64,000 bases of DNA from positions 14,694,001 through 14,758,000 of the forward strand of contig OX597825.1 of assembly GCA_951406725.2 (NCBI GenBank). The letters run 5' to 3'. Below, piece after piece: positions 39,734 through 54,650 of the stretch. The DNA is from Octopus vulgaris. Taxonomy: Eukaryota. Under the pieces are notes generated by a model. It worked only from the letters and a program-made list of their open reading frames with translations. It had not been told where the DNA came from and did no database searches. Numbering within the stretch: position 1 is the first letter of the stretch; each line of letters opens with the position of its first letter. The translations under genes and the position numbers were made by a program.

Positions 39734-41330
39734 TAATATAATCATTCGTATTGGTTTCCAATTATGGCATAATGCCAGCAAGTCCGTGGGAAGAGCTAAG
39801 CCAATTACATCGACCCCAGAGCTTCCCAAGTTCTTATTAGGATGAGAAATACCAACAATATTGCTGGAATATAGGAAAATGTTAAAATGTATACAATCAA
39901 TATATTATAAAAAAAAATATATCTACAACTAATTACTCTATTATTTTGAATAATAAATATACGACGACATAGATAGTAATACATTTGCTAGGTTAGTTGG
40001 AAGCTATAAGTATTTGCTAAATCTCATGTGTTGGGTGATCCTGGGCAGAGAATTCTACTTCCATAATAATTTTAAATATTGTAAATGATTTTATCGCCGT
40101 AAGATAATTTCATTTTATGTTAAATAATCGTTAGCACCTCATAATGTTTCGTTACCGTTTCTAAGCCAAATCTAGTGAAACAGAAGGTTACCAGTTTAAC
40201 TATATGTGGGTGTTTTTTAAGCGAGTGCATGCGTATACAGGTGCGTGTAATACACAGAAATGATTAAAATTCAAATATTTCAAGTTAAAAGGAAAACAAA
40301 ATATCTCGTATAAAAAAAAAACAACTCTTGTCTGGTTTTGGTATTATATGCTTTATCTCTTTGATTCTCATTTTCCTCTCTCCTTCTGTTGCTTCTCTCG
40401 TTTCTTCTTTTGTATTCTTTAATTTATTTGTCTACTTCGTTATTTCAATTTAGCCTTTTCCCATCTCATTCTGTTTTCTTTTTAGCATTTAATAGTTTTA
40501 TTTCTCTCCGGTTTTACTCTCTCTCTTTTTTATTTTCTTCACTCACAAGAACTGCACGATTTTATGAAAGATACTTAGCAAGACGAAAATATTTATGTAA
40601 TTTCACGGCAAATTGCGAAATGTTAATTTCAATTCTATGTACAATAAATGTCAATTCTAATTGAGTTGGGTGCGTTTTATTAAAAGCAGCCAAGTTATTG
40701 TATTGTAATAAAGCCGTAGCTAAGAAAAATTGGCGAATCACGTGTTTAAGTCTTTACAAACATTATTTTTTTTTTTTCTCATGAAATTCTTAGAAATTCA
40801 ACTACGTTTTGTCTCTAAATCGATTTTGAATATTTCAAACATCGTTTAACTATTCAAAAGCAAGGAAATCAGATATGGAAAACAGGTAAATCTATTAAAA
40901 AACGCAGTCATGCAAAAAAACACGATGGAAACGAAAGGTGCGCTGAAGAATATCTAAGCAACAAAGCAATTTAAAATAGATGCTGAAGAGGGACGAAAAT
41001 TTGATGATACAGAACAGAACATTCAGCTACACACAATAATGATATTCTTGAGATTATTGCCTTCTAAGAATTTTGGGCGCACATCCAAACGCAAAGAAAA
41101 TTGCTTTTCATCCTTTTGTGCGTGGTAATATAATTACTGTGTACGCCATCGAGTGTATTAAAATATATTTGATGAACGATTCTCATACGACCTGTATGTG
41201 TATGTGTGTATACTGCAGCAAGAGTGTACAGGCATAGGATATATATCCGTACATATATGTATATATAAATATGTGTGTGTATGTATAATTATATGCACAC
41301 ACACATACATACACACACACACATACATAC

Positions 41331-41447
<117 letters not shown>

Positions 41448-41839
41448 CATATATATATATATACACATACATACATACAGATATACATATATATATATAT
41501 ATATCACATACAAACACATGGATACATATATAGAGGGATAATAAAGGCATATATATACGCACACATACATACATACATATACATATACATACACACACAC
41601 ACACACACACCCACACATATATATATATATGTATATCATCATACAACTGAAAATATTCAAGTTCTGAATACGCGATGTAAGCTATCATTTTGCTATGCTG
41701 AAAACGTATATGTGCGTTTGCACACATAGGTAGATATATGCATTTAGCGTTTCCTTTATCAGTCGCTAGGTATATGTATGTAGATGTATGCAAATAAGCA
41801 ATTACATGCATATATATATACATATATATATATAAAGTA

Positions 41840-41940
41840 AAGACTATTTACCAACAGAATGTGGCAGTCCTGGATGGAACTAATGTTACTACTGTTTAGC
41901 CCCAGGAAACTTCGTTTCCAGCTGGTTATGCGACACAATA
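41840..41940. mobile_element. Unclassified interspersed repeat (second copy at about 44955-45050)
   Basis: tatttaccaaca...tgtggcagtcct...atgttact.ct...tt...ccc..gaaa shared by both loci. Confidence 0.6.
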
Positions 41941-42537
41941 TATGCCCTAATGATTTTAAACAGGGGAGCTCAACTCCCCATCCACCACAAAGGAAAATCC
42001 GTTGACCGGTTTCTGTGTCATTGCCCTTTATCGGCACAGTGTAGCTACCCGACCAGAGGTCACTGCTGAATTATCGTTCGAAAATGTATAAATTTCAAAG
42101 TCAGACACTCACTGATCTAATAAACAGAAACATTATTATTTCTAAATTTCTTTAAAGTAAAGTCTATATGCAAACATAATGTAGCAGTCGTAGATGTGAC
42201 GAATGTCATTAATGTTTAGAAATAATAATGTCTCTCTTTATTAAATCAGAGACTCTTAAATATGACTGTCAGTCATATTCATTTATCACCCAGAGAGATA
42301 CGTCTGCACCACCGGATGCTCCTGAACCAGTTGTTGAGTGTCCCAAGAGAGTAATCGATGCTAGATGTGTCGAAACAATTGTTGTGATGAATAATATTTC
42401 TCGTATATTCCATCTTCTGTCTTTCATTTGTTATTTACCTAACGATCACTCTGAAAGTGACTGTGCTTTACCAGTAAGCTACCAGGTGTAAACTATTCGT
42501 TTTATTATGCATTATATATATATATATATATATATAT

Positions 42538-42803
42538 GGACCAGAGGTTTCGATTCCCAAACCGGGCGTTGCGAGTGTTTATTGAGCGAAAACACCTAAA
42601 GCTCCACGAGGCTCCGTCAGGGGATGGTGGCGATCCCTGCTGTACTCTTTTGCCACAACTTTCTCTCACTCTTTCTTCTGTTGGCCTGCTCGCTTAGCCA
42701 CCGGGTTGGCGTCATTTGAAGGCTAAAAACAATGCGAAGCGCATTGTGACCAGCGATGTGTAGCAATATCTGATTGCCTGGACGGTCACGGTGATCACGG
42801 TGT
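42538..42803 (+). mobile_element. SINE family D (tail type 3), 5'-truncated
   Basis: B box and family D body, then an unrelated tail ending gtcacggtgatcacggtg. Confidence 0.8.
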
Positions 42804-42804
42804 A

Positions 42805-42854
<50 letters not shown>

Positions 42855-42873
42855 CTCTCTCTCTCTCTCTCTC

Positions 42874-42910
<37 letters not shown>

Positions 42911-43961
42911 CCATGTTTAATGGGATTACTGTGATATCAGTAATTTATACGCCATGGAAACTAGGTTATTGCGCTATAAGTCTTGGAACTCGAGACAGTA
43001 GCGAGGAGGCGGAGGGAGAAGGGTGAGGAAGTAGATGATCATGATAATAATGATGATGATCATGATGATGGAAGAAATGATAGCAAACTTGATAAGGTTG
43101 TATTTCTTAACCAACACTGGTGGAAAAGCAACTTCCAGTGGTCCAATTCATAATTTATATTAGATATCAGGGGTTTACCTAGGATACCAATTAAAATTAA
43201 GTGAGCATTTCGGATATATTTTCTTCATGCATTATATCCTTGATAGAGAAATTATAAATATATACATGTCAACAATTACTGCTCAATTAAACTCCCTCTC
43301 CTATACAAAATTATGCTTCGCTGATGTCTGTCAATAGCGAAAACTTTTTAACATGAAAGCAGTCTCTCGAACACTAATTTATATATAACACATTTTGCTC
43401 TAAGTTACCGTATTATTAGTTTGTGTTAAGAGTTAACGTAATTTACTTTAAAGAAAAGCAAATAATGGTACCGAGAGACTGTGAGAAGATATTTGCAGCA
43501 AATTTCTACAGGTAATTGACAAACAAATAATAAAAAGAAAAAATTTAATATGTAGGCAAACATTCTGAATTTCGGCCTCGAGCGGTAAAGGTATATATAT
43601 ATATAAAACAATGTCTAAAATCTTCCTTCCAATATGGCTGACATTGATAGAGTATTTGCAACGAATCAATACCTAAATTGTTGTTTCAAAAAAAATCTAC
43701 TGACGTCAAACTATATTCAGGTCATGTTATTTCGGTTTCAAATAAGATATCTATCATCAAAAATTGGATAATGTTGAAATACATATAGAGAGAAGAGAGA
43801 ATTTATGGTGATACTTATTCATGCAGGAATAGAGACATGATCCATTGTGATTCTGTTCTTTTTGCAAAAGGAAATATCTCTTCAGACATGCACAACAATA
43901 CAAACAGTTTTATATAACAATACATACACGCACATACATTTCTGTCTCTATGTCTGTCTGT

Positions 43962-43997
<36 letters not shown>

Positions 43998-44136
43998 TTC
44001 TCTCTCTCTCTCTCTCTATCTATCTCTCTCACTCTCTTTCACACTTTTATACCATCACGGGTGGATAGCAAATTATCAGTCGTACAGGCAAATTAATAAA
44101 ATATATACATACAATATTAGATATGTACATATATAG

Positions 44137-44348
44137 AGGCGCAATGGCCTAGTGGTTAGGGCAGCGGACTTGCGGTCGGAGGATCGCGGTTTCGATTCCC
44201 AGACCGGGCGTTGTGTGTGTTTATTGAGCGAAAACACCTAAAAGCTCCACGAGGCTCCGGCAGGAGGTGGTGATCCCTGCTGTACTCTTTCACCACTCTA
44301 AAAGGCGGTGCTCCAGCATGGCCGCAGTCAAATGACTGAAACAAGTAC
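44137..44348 (+). mobile_element. Chimeric SINE: family D head and body joined to the family B terminus
   Basis: D sequence to ctttcaccac (about 44297), then aaaggcggtgctccagcatggccgcagtcaaatgactgaaacaagta. Confidence 0.85.
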
Positions 44349-44764
44349 AGAAATATACACGATGCCATCCCTATATTTATTTATAAATAATTTTACACTT
44401 TTCGTTTTTTCTTGTAATGTTTAGTCACTTCAAACGAACTTTTACATGTATGATGAGGGAGAATTTCAATAGTAATTAGCTGGCAGACTTTGGCTGGTGA
44501 GAAATCAGGTACCTATTTGGAGCTAAATTTTGAAACCGGTACCAAGTTGACCAGCATTTATTTGTTCTGGCCCAATAGAGGAAAGACATTGTTACTGTTC
44601 ATTGATATTTTTCCCCATCATGTGTGTAATAGATTTGTGACTATTCGGTGGTACAGAAGCATTTTTGACATCTATTTTTTGCGATGTAGGTACTCATGTG
44701 GTGCCCTTGTGTATATATGCACATATATAATATTGTATGTGTGTATATATATATATATATGTTT

Positions 44765-44822
<58 letters not shown>

Positions 44823-45187
44823 TCATATATATATATATATGGATAGATAGATAGATACATGTACATATATATGAACAGATATGTTTGTATATATAAAGAG
44901 AAAATAATTTTTAATCTCTGAGCGAGAGATATACAGTAACAGTACAGAATAGTAAAGTTTATTTACCAACATATTGTGGCAGTCCTATAGAAGAACGATG
45001 TTACTGCTACTTAAACCCCTGAAAACATGTTTTCTAGTTGGCCACCAGCACACTGTGAAACAGTGTGCCGGTAGCCAACTGGAAAAGATGTTTTCTGTGG
45101 GCAAAATAACAGCAACATCGTACTTGTATAAGACCGCCACTTTATGTTGGCAAATAAACTTTTCTATTTGTATATACAAATAAATAA

Positions 45188-45262
<75 letters not shown>

Positions 45263-45814
45263 TTTGAATTAATAATATAAGGGTAAAATTTATTAATTAT
45301 ATTGTTTACCGTCATGGAGATTCTTATAGTAGCAGAAAAGGAATTTTAAACTCCTATTTCTAATTTCGGTATGTGGTGAATCAGTTAGCTGAACCCAAAT
45401 TGTAATTATATATATATGTGGAAGGGGAAAGGGTCTTCGACCTCTCCTTTTTTACAACTGGTGTTGATTTGTTTTACATCCCTGCAAAAGGGTTCAATAA
45501 TATTGGGTTTATTAGTTCAAATAATTCCATTCAAATTGGTGCCCCAGCAGGGCAGCAATTCAGAGACTGATACAAATAGAAGAAAATATACAGAGATGTG
45601 CAAGGATGTATTTATGCTGACAAATAGTAACCAAACGGTAAAATGCAAAAATAATCGAGCGAAGCTTTCACCTTGCAGATACACGAGATACTGGACCGGT
45701 TATATACACAAAACAATCAGCCTAGGATCGAACTTGAAATATAGATGGCATAGTTTGTTGAGACCATCGGAAATCTACAAAATTGTTACTGATACCGGTA
45801 AATATATTTTTGGT

Positions 45815-45974
45815 ACAGGAGTGACTGTGTGGTAAGTAACTTGCTTACCAACCACATGGTTCCGGGTTCATTCCCACTGCGTGGCACCTTGGGCAAGTGT
45901 CTTCTACTATATCCTCGGACCGACCAAAGCCTTGTGAGTGGATTTGGTAGATGGAGACTGAATGAAGCCCGTCT

Positions 45975-46030
<56 letters not shown>

Positions 46031-46218
46031 CCAACCATCGCTTGACAACCGATGTTGATGTGTTCACGTCCCCGTAAATTAGTGGTTTTGCAAAAGAAAC
46101 CGATAGAATAAGTACCAGGCTTATATAGAATAAGTCCTGAGGTCGATTTGCTCGACTAAAGGCTGTGCTCCAGCATGGCCGCAGTCAAATGACTGAAACA
46201 AGTAAAAGAGTAAAAGAG
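45815..46218 (+). mobile_element. SINE family B, full length
   Basis: Collinear with 14410-14820. Confidence 0.9.
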
Positions 46219-47899
46219 ACCGCACGGAAAGGTGCAAAAATATCGAGAAATGAATTTTTTACTACTATTACCGAGGGCAATCGGTACTTTCTTAGTTAAA
46301 AGATTAAAGATAACATCCCAATTACGTATTAAGAACGTAGTGTCGCTCGACCATGAAGGCTTCCGAATTCTAATTGAATTAACAAAACTAATATAAGATT
46401 CTACATGATTGCATGTCTGAATTATATTTAGAAACTTCGTGAAAACTATGATGTAATTATTATCTCAACACAGATTTAAGATATATATATATAATTGGAT
46501 TGGCAACATAAATAGCTGTCTGGCTGGTATTTTTGTTTTTGTTTTTTAATGTCAGCAGGAGTGGAACTTAATTCTGATTAACTATTGATTATTGATGCAA
46601 AATATTTGTCTGCATTTCTGTCATTAAATAAGTATTTTCCTACGAATTATATGCATCGATATAATATTTCTCTAATTAATACACAACTCTAGTCGCAAAC
46701 AAATACATTGGCACTCAACTAAGCCTACGCGTCTTCAGAGAATATTACGTAGTTTCGTGGAAGTCATTCATTCACGTCTATGTTAACTGCACAACTGATA
46801 TCCGCACTTTTGCCGGTAGATATTCTTAAGTAAGGGGTTAGAACATCATATTTGCTCTTTCAAGCTCAAATTTTTTCAGTCGGTTCATGCAGTCTATTTC
46901 TCGAAATTTATGTCATAAATTAGATGTAATTCAGGCAGGTCAATATCAATGGTGCAGTTACCAAATTAGAAAAAGTAATACGATGCCGACGACCGCTTTG
47001 TTCAAAGTCTCCCTTGACCTCAATTGACCTGAATTCTTTACATGAACACCACCCTGTACTTAACCCCATGTCCCCCTACATGGCCTTACTTTTTGCTTTT
47101 GAACCAAAAAATTAACTAACTAACTAACTAAGTATATGATATCAAATCTAAATCTCTACAACTTGATCCAAAGGATGAGCAGATTTAGCATTGAAGAATA
47201 TGATGGAAGCCTTGAAGTAAAGGAAGAACTTTATGAACGTGTCTTCCATACGTAAATCTTTAGAGGCTGAACTTTGGAAAGGAAGACTTTATATGATTAA
47301 TTATTTTTTAGAAATAACTTCATCAGGTTAAACTCAGCTTGTAATTGACAGTGAATATATGATACGAATGCAAGTAGCAAACATTCGTGAAGATGCCGTT
47401 GAAATGATCTTTATGATTATGAGACAGAATTTTCTGTTGCTGAAAAATATATGGCATTTTATTTTTCTTATAGAAAACGATTAGAAGAGAAGAGCGATGT
47501 TGAAAAAATATCAGCAAGGAGTCTTTTTATTACTAAAACTAACGTCAATCAAAATATCCAGAAATTCTTTGACTAAATTAAAAGTGAACTGAATTTCATA
47601 GAAAAGAAATTTCAAATGAAATATATCACAGTACTGGTGACTCAAGGAACGAGCAGATTTAGTTTGTCTTTCATTTATATGCAAGTGTTCTATTTGAACT
47701 GTTTTACATGATTTTACTGTAAAGTAAAACATATGTTCATTAAAAATCAATTGGTTAGTTGACTTTCATTTATCCTGATCCCAATTCACAACCTTCTAAA
47801 TGGTTAAGCTAATCTGTACGTCACATCAATTCATAAAACATTCTTTTAGAACTTAGCAATTTCTTCTCTCAGATCAGATAAAAATACGCAATAGAATTT

Positions 47900-49160
47900 A
47901 ACATACAGGCAGTAGAAATCAGCCAAGCCCTCTGTTTTGGGAGAAGCGCTTGATGCTCTCTTAACACCAAACCCACCTGTTGCAACTATTCTAAATTTGG
48001 GTGGTATTCTCATTGATCATAATTTATTCTCCCATGTTACCGATGTATTTTGCAAATATTACCGTAATTTTGCCGCTAGTTTGTTAGCTGGAATGCAGTT
48101 AAAATGATGTCAATTGTTTCATTCACTAAGTCATCTGTAATAATGCTCTTACAAAGTTCCGCTAATAGTATGTTTTGCCAACTCTTTTAAATTGTTTCCA
48201 GTTATTAATGCAAGTTGTATAATTTAGTGTTATTGATGGGAGAAAAGAATCAATTGAATGCCAGACAATGCGAAATCCAGTTTAACTACAATATTTCTGC
48301 TTCTGTATTACAGAAAGTGAGTCAGATAAGGAACTGTGTCGGTTATATATTTCAATACATCACTAAATGTAGCAAAAAAAAAAATTACGCTCTGTAAAAA
48401 TGATGCAACAGACATTTATTTGAAAAATGTAAATGGACAGAATGTAATATTACCATTGATTTCAGTATTCTACTCATGTAATTCACTGAACAATTGGAGT
48501 TGTAAAACATTGAATCCACTTTTGAAAAACATATCCAACTTTTTCCTTCGCTCCCACCATGATCTCTCACCAATATTCGTGTTCTTGCAGCTGTAATTTC
48601 TCGCGCAGTCACATGACATTAAGCCCTCGATTTTAAAATATCCATGGAAAGGAAATATTGCTTCACCGGATATCAACAATGCGTGTATAGATGCACGCAT
48701 GCAAGAATTCTAGCAAATTTTCAGCAAATGTTTCACTATTGGATTGTCTGGTTTAGTTCCTGTTCCCAGACTGCTACATGTATTCATACATAGATGAGTT
48801 TCATTTAATCCTAAATTTAAACGTTTTGTCATACTAACTGCCTTCTGTATTTAATAGAAAGATGTCACCATAAACTTCTTAATTACCACGAACACATACT
48901 GATTAAACATAAAAAAAGGAGTTCAGTCTGCTATTGTCTTCTACTGTATCCAATCAACAAAAGAAATATATTTTCTGAAATCTCGCTATAACTCATGATA
49001 TCTCGTAGTAGTGCCACACATCAACGTTCGTCGGACTCCATTTTATTCTGAATAAATTTCACTTTAAGATAAGAAAATAGATCAAACATACGCGATTACT
49101 GCTTCACAGTACCGATAAATTTGGGCTATAATAGTGTATCACTACATTTAGATGAACATG
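47900..49160 (+). pseudogene. Highly decayed LINE ORF2 (CR1/L2/Crack-like linker plus RT)
   Basis: Fragmentary in-order resemblances: LNLGGILID..VTDVFCKYYRNFAASL, IYFNTSLN, AKKKITLCKNDATD, VILPLISVF, NFFLRSHH, DINNA; many stops and frameshifts; boundaries approximate. Confidence 0.4.
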
Positions 49161-49826
49161 TAATCTGGATTATCCCCGATGCACATAGATCCGGGGTTTT
49201 TTTACGGATACAGTTCAAACAACGATCCGCAAATATACTCTTTCTTTATGTCTTTTGTGCAGTTGCAACGATATCCAATGTATTCTTTAAATAGGAAAAG
49301 CTGCATTTGTAATTTCAACAGCAACACCCCAACACCAGCTAAAGTAAAATAACAAATCGAGTGCCTAAACCGATCACATTTCAGCTGAATTATACTCAGA
49401 AAATAATATTGATCTCTTATTTCGGCATAAAGCGCCACATTTCTCAGAAAGTAAAAGCGAAATAACTATCGGCCGAATGTACTGGTGTAGCTGTCCTCTC
49501 CCTGTAATATTGTATTTTCCAAATAATATTTGGCCACAGTTATTCGATAATTGGGAGTTACCGTGTTTTTATTTCATGACATTAAATGGTGTGTTGTACC
49601 GTGAAAGCTAGGCCGAACCAGGAAATAAGTAAAAGTAATGGAAACACTACTCGTATCATAGCATATTTCATTGGATTTGTTTAGTCAGAAACGACATAAC
49701 AATATATATATATATGTGTTTTATTTCTGGTAGCTGGTCAGCGTGTTGTCCATAAACTTTCTCCTGTTCCACATAACAATAAGCATGAATGTATGTACGT
49801 ATGTATATGTGTAAGTGTGTATGTAT

Positions 49827-49896
<70 letters not shown>

Positions 49897-49918
49897 GTGT
49901 GTGTGTATATATATATGT

Positions 49919-49958
<40 letters not shown>

Positions 49959-50012
49959 CTGTGTATGTGTGTGTTTATATATACAAATCGATTTATACGT
50001 AGGTGTACAAAT

Positions 50013-50097
<85 letters not shown>

Positions 50098-50551
50098 ATG
50101 TGTGTATGGACATATACACTTTTCACCCCATATATATGTACACACCGATACACATGTATTCATATGAACACGCACATGCACACACACACATACACATATG
50201 TATATACCTATATATACGCATATATCTTTGTGCGTGTGTGTATAAGTGTATGTGAACTACCTGACTATTATGTTCGCCAAATCTGATAACACGAGAAGGA
50301 AAATACTCATCTAAGTTTGCAAATGCGGTTACGAATTATGGCATCAATGCTTAGAGACTTCTCTAGCAATTTCATTACTATGTACGTGTCAAAGCAGTCA
50401 CCAAACATACATTATATACATGCGCATATGTATATCTTTGTGGTGGCAACCTGAAGTATACTGACATCAAAAAGCGTATCATATATATGTATGCATGAAT
50501 ACATATGTATCTATCTATCTATCTATCTATCTATCTACATATATCTATATA

Positions 50552-50605
<54 letters not shown>

Positions 50606-50765
50606 CAGGAGTGGATGTGTGGTCAGAAGCTTGCTGCTCAATCACATGGTTCCAGGTTCAGTCTCACTGTGTGGCAACTTCGGCAAGGTTCTTATACTAT
50701 TGCTTCGGGTCGACCAAAGCCTTGCGACTGGATTTGGTAGACGGAAACTGAAAGAAGCCCATCGG

Positions 50766-50796
<31 letters not shown>

Positions 50797-51006
50797 GCAA
50801 TAATAATTCTCTAAACGAGATATAGACAGTAACTGCTCCATAACGTAAGGGACGTTAGCCATCTGAATGTGGCTAGGGACAGGGCAGGGCGCTGGGGGTG
50901 TTACTGATGCATTTAGCCCCAGGCGATCATCAACGTCACCAGGAGGGCTGACGCCATCACGGCGTCCTCTAGCCTGCAAAGGGAGATCATTCCCCGAAGA
51001 AGCGGA

Positions 51007-51059
51007 TGCCACATACGGACCTAGGTTTCAAGGTGTTTGCCTATTATCAACGTATGGCA
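51007..51059 (-). ncRNA. Type-I hammerhead ribozyme, U3-A8 core variant (mirror copy)
   Basis: Exact reverse complement of 51165-51217. Confidence 0.7.
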
Positions 51060-51164
51060 GGCACCGCCCCTCGACGAACGGATTTTCTACATCAGTAAAT
51101 GTATTTACTGTGAAAATCTGTATATATAGCCTGCACAGAGAGTCGTTCATCGAGGGGCGGTGCC

Positions 51165-51217
51165 TGCCATACGTTGATAATAGGCAAACACCTTGAAACC
51201 TAGGTCCGTATGTGGCA
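51165..51217 (+). ncRNA. Type-I hammerhead ribozyme, U3-A8 core variant
   Basis: catacg-TTGATAA-tagg-caaaca-cctt-GAAA-cctagg-TC-cgtatg: 6-bp stem I, stem II agg/cct, palindromic stem III ACCTAGGT, GUC triplet at 51204-51206. Confidence 0.72.
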
Positions 51218-51380
51218 TCCGCTTCTTCGGGGAATGATCTCCCTTTGCAGGCTAGAGGACGCCGTGATGGCGTCAGCCCTCCTGGTGACGTTGATGATCG
51301 CCTGGGGCTAAATGCATCAGTAACACCCCCCAACGCCCTGCCCTGTCCCTAGCCACATTCAGATGGCTATCGTCCCTTAT

Positions 51381-51641
<261 letters not shown>

Positions 51642-52140
51642 GTATCTGCGTGCCTGTGCTCGCCCCCTTTCCAGCTATTGACAACTGATGTCGGTGTGCC
51701 TACGTCCCTGTAACTTAGCATTTCGGCAAAGGAAACCGATAGAATAAGTACTAGGCTTACAAAGAATAAGTACTCCAGCACGGCCGCAGTCACATGACTA
51801 AAACAAGTAAAAGAATATATATATATATATGTGTGTGTGTGCATGTGTTTGTTGTTCTGCAAGTGTTTGTTATTGTGGAAGTGTTAGTACTGTTGTTGCA
51901 TGTCTTTTATTTTTATAAGCATAGATATTGCGTGAGCGATGTGTTCAGGTGAGTTGTTTTATTGACGTAAATTTTCACATATTTACCTATGCAAATACAT
52001 GTCCTTCAGGGTGTGCGTATATGCATATATTTTAATCCAGCTATCTATCCAGCTACCTAGCTATTCCTGTGTGTGTGTGTGTGTGTGTTTATGTCTGCGT
52101 GTTTATCTGCGCACGCGTGAACTCATATATATATATATAT

Positions 52141-52193
<53 letters not shown>

Positions 52194-52331
52194 CATACAT
52201 ATATATTTATATATACATATGTCTATGTATGGATGTATTTATGTACATTTATATGCGTCTATATATATAGATAGATAAAAATGCTCTAATATCTATACAT
52301 CCTTGGTTTTTTTATCTTATTATATAAAAAC

Positions 52332-52366
<35 letters not shown>

Positions 52367-52442
52367 TATACATATATATATATATGTGTGTGTGTGTCTA
52401 CGTATGTATGTATTTATGTAGATTTACATGCATATACATATA

Positions 52443-52525
<83 letters not shown>

Positions 52526-52998
52526 CTTTCTAAGTATGTGCATGAGTGAGAGCTCGCATGATTTTAAGGAATGGTATCACCGGCATCGGACAACATGGTA
52601 ACGGTAATTCTGTTTGTGAAAAATGGTGCGTGTAAAGTTCCATTGATGTATTTTAATGTTTAATCTAGGAGCAGTGTGTTTGAAAACATACAGCAGAAAG
52701 AATGACATGAATAAGAAAACATGAAGCCAATAAATAAAGAAGAAAAAAAAAAGAAAAACAAAAACGAAGGTATATTACACGAGTTTCTTAGAAACTGGTT
52801 TCCACTGGGGCATAAGTCTTATTATTCAAAGTGTATTGAATTACATGTTGACGACAACAAGGTATTGCTGTAGAAGAATCGCTGGGATGACATGTTTTGG
52901 CTGCAAGAGAAGACGCTAGCGACACTAATTGGAAAGTTGTCTAGGCGTGACGGTTGCATAAACACAAAAATGTGTATAAACACATGTATTTTGTTATA

Positions 52999-53072
<74 letters not shown>

Positions 53073-53186
53073 TAGAGAGAAAGATAGATATATATATAGA
53101 TAGATAGATAGATATAACGAAATACATGTGTTTATACACACTTATATATCTATATATATATATATATATTCCTCTAAACATCTACT

Positions 53187-53219
<33 letters not shown>

Positions 53220-53240
53220 TCCTCTAACCATCTACTTATC

Positions 53241-53331
<91 letters not shown>

Positions 53332-54096
53332 ATTTGTGTGTGCCTATCTATCTATTTATGTATGTATCTATTTATTTATCTATCAGCGTTTTCATCTATG
53401 TATATGTCTATCAATTTATCTATCTATCAATCTATCTATCTAACTATTTGTTTGTCTATCTATCTCTCTTTCTATTTATCTATATACCTACCTACCCATC
53501 TATCTATCTCTTCACTCTATATCTCTCCCTCTCTTTCTCTCTATATATTTCTACATATATTTACACATACATATACGTGCATGTCTACGTATTTACATAA
53601 CCTCATATGTATATATATATGTATGTATGTATTTGTATATATTTATGTAAGCATGAATGTATGTGTCTATGTATAGACAGACCTAGTAATATATATATAT
53701 ATATATATATATCAACAATCAAGGAACGGCCATAATAGGCCATTCACCCACTATATATATATATATTCATACCATTATCTACCTTTCACTTTAATACTTT
53801 ATCTTTTTCTCTCGTTTCATTCCTGTTTTTATTCATGCATTTGACACACAGGCACACACACACACATACGCATAACCACACACACACATACACACATATA
53901 TGTTTATGTACTATTCTATAAAATACATCAGATTGTGTCTAAAAATACATTTTCCATTGATCATAATAAGCAGATGTATGAGTGGGTTCCGGCTTAGGTT
54001 CTGTGATTCGTATGCCAGGATTTCATGCAAGAATGTCGAATCAGACGATATATGCTTTTATGAATATATTATTAGTTCCATCTTGGTTTGCAAACG

Positions 54097-54452
54097 CTGC
54101 ATGGCATCTTGGGAAAATGTCTTCTACTATAGCCTCGGGCCGACCAAAGCCTTCTGAGTGGATTTGGTAGACGGAAAGTGAAAGAAGCCCGTCGTTTATA
54201 TATATATATATATATATATAAATATGTGCATGTATGTTTGTGTGTCTGTGTTTGTCCCCCTAGCATTGCTTGACAACCGATGCTGGTGTGTTTATATCCC
54301 CGTCACTTAGCGGTTCGGCAAAAGAGACCGATAGAATAAGTACAGGGCTTACAAAGAATAAGTCCCGGGGTCGAGTTGCTCGACTAAAGGCGGTGCTCCA
54401 GCATGGCCGCAGTCAAATGACCGAAACAAGTAAAAGAGTAAAAAGAGAGAGA
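54097..54452 (+). mobile_element. SINE family B lacking its head
   Basis: ctgcatggcatcttggg.. to aaacaagtaaaagagtaaaa. Confidence 0.88.
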
Positions 54453-54477
54453 GTAATATATACACACATGTATACAA

Positions 54478-54650
54478 GAGTATACTGAGAAGCTCCTGGC
54501 TTTGAGTAAAGGAAAACAGAGGATCAGTTAATTCTGATTTTATCAACATATTCTCCTCTCAGATTCACGCACTTATTGCAGCGGTACTTCAGTTTTTCTA
54601 AGCCCTATAAAAGAATCATGTCTTCTGCGATACCTTTTATGTCCCGTGTT
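54478..54650 (-). mobile_element. Mariner-derived MITE retaining transposase C-terminal codons
   Basis: Minus strand of about 54539-54583 encodes RCNKCVNLRGEYVDK (mariner RWxKCxxxxGxYVEK motif); homologous to 38738-38950. Confidence 0.7.

Noticed and set aside
50692-51333. Mirror ORFs ([18 protein letters not shown]..) on both strands
   Set aside because: A consequence of the GC-rich palindrome; no recognisable protein motif
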